64,000 bases of DNA from a bacterium (GTDB lineage: Bacteria > JADJOY01): positions 62,001 to 126,000 of the forward strand of contig JAXLQJ010000005.1 of assembly GCA_046331705.1 (NCBI GenBank), read 5' to 3'. Both the position numbers and the translations under genes were made by a program. Positions 63,669 to 64,000 of the stretch are shown here, in pieces. Within the stretch, counting starts at the first letter, position 1, and each line of letters starts with the position of its first letter. The notes beneath the pieces were generated by a model that did not search any database, was not told where the DNA came from, and saw only the letters and a program-made list of their open reading frames with translations.

Positions 63669-64000
63669 GTGAACCTCATCGTCATCGCCGGGATCGTCGC
63701 GGTGCTGATCGTGCTGCGGTTCGTCAGGCCGCCGCTGCCGATCTGGCTATCGGCGTGCTGGCTCGCGGTGTTCGCGCTGGTTCGCTTGGGATTCACGACG
63801 CCGGTGCCCGCCTCGGCCGTCAAGATCTACCTCTCGATCACGACCCTCGCCCTGTTCGTCTACGCGTTCACTTCTGCCGAGCGCGCCGCTCAGATCACCG
63901 GCCCGCTCGGCAAGCTGCTCGCGGAGCCGCGCTACACCCCGTTGCTCGCGCTGGTGGCCGTGGCGATCCCGGCGCTCGTCGCTTTCGACGTCTACAAGAC
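63669..64000 (+). CDS. Partial multi-TM protein, probably the N-terminus of a membrane-bound cytochrome c of the same operon
   Basis: Open to window end: VNLIVIAGIV...GFTTPVPASAVKIYL...; not in the ORF track; no heme motif visible yet. Confidence 0.6.
   Translation, partial: MNLIVIAGIVAVLIVLRFVRPPLPIWLSACWLAVFALVRLGFTTPVPASAVKIYLSITTLALFVYAFTSAERAAQITGPLGKLLAEPRYTPLLALVAVAIPALVAFDVYK

Overview
High-GC (visually about 70%) bacterial window that is almost fully coding. I saw no rRNA, tRNA, CRISPR array or mobile element. Four blocks: (1) 0.1-13 kb, housekeeping and fatty-acid genes (GNAT, atoE, SDR, degenerate GDPD, queC, coaBC, EamA, acyl-CoA dehydrogenase), a tiny Cys/His protein, two tandem secreted SRPBCC/START-like paralogues and a large GT-C-like membrane protein. 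(2) 13.1-34.3 kb, a minus-strand Wzx/Wzy-type polysaccharide/glycosylation locus (wza, wzc, a Wzx-methyltransferase fusion, KpsS-like GT, wzy, GTs, PglC/E/F-like genes, ligase-TPR) with a sigma-54 -24/-12 motif in each of its three large intergenic gaps. (3) 34.4-41.5 kb, fadN-fadA, a bacterial MMACHC/CblC-like gene, GH13 and GST. (4) 41.5-64 kb, a respiratory island: a complete alternative complex III (actABCDEFG)-SCO-caa3 oxidase operon on the minus strand, then hemY/SCO/small membrane gene, then a divergent second operon. That second operon has paralogous actA-actB-actE but no actC/D/F in the window; an atypical cytochrome bd-like subunit I (HWH motif) and further c-type cytochrome genes follow instead, and it runs off the window end. 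It is the best candidate for an unusual system. All assignments come from motif recognition by eye; no database searches were run.
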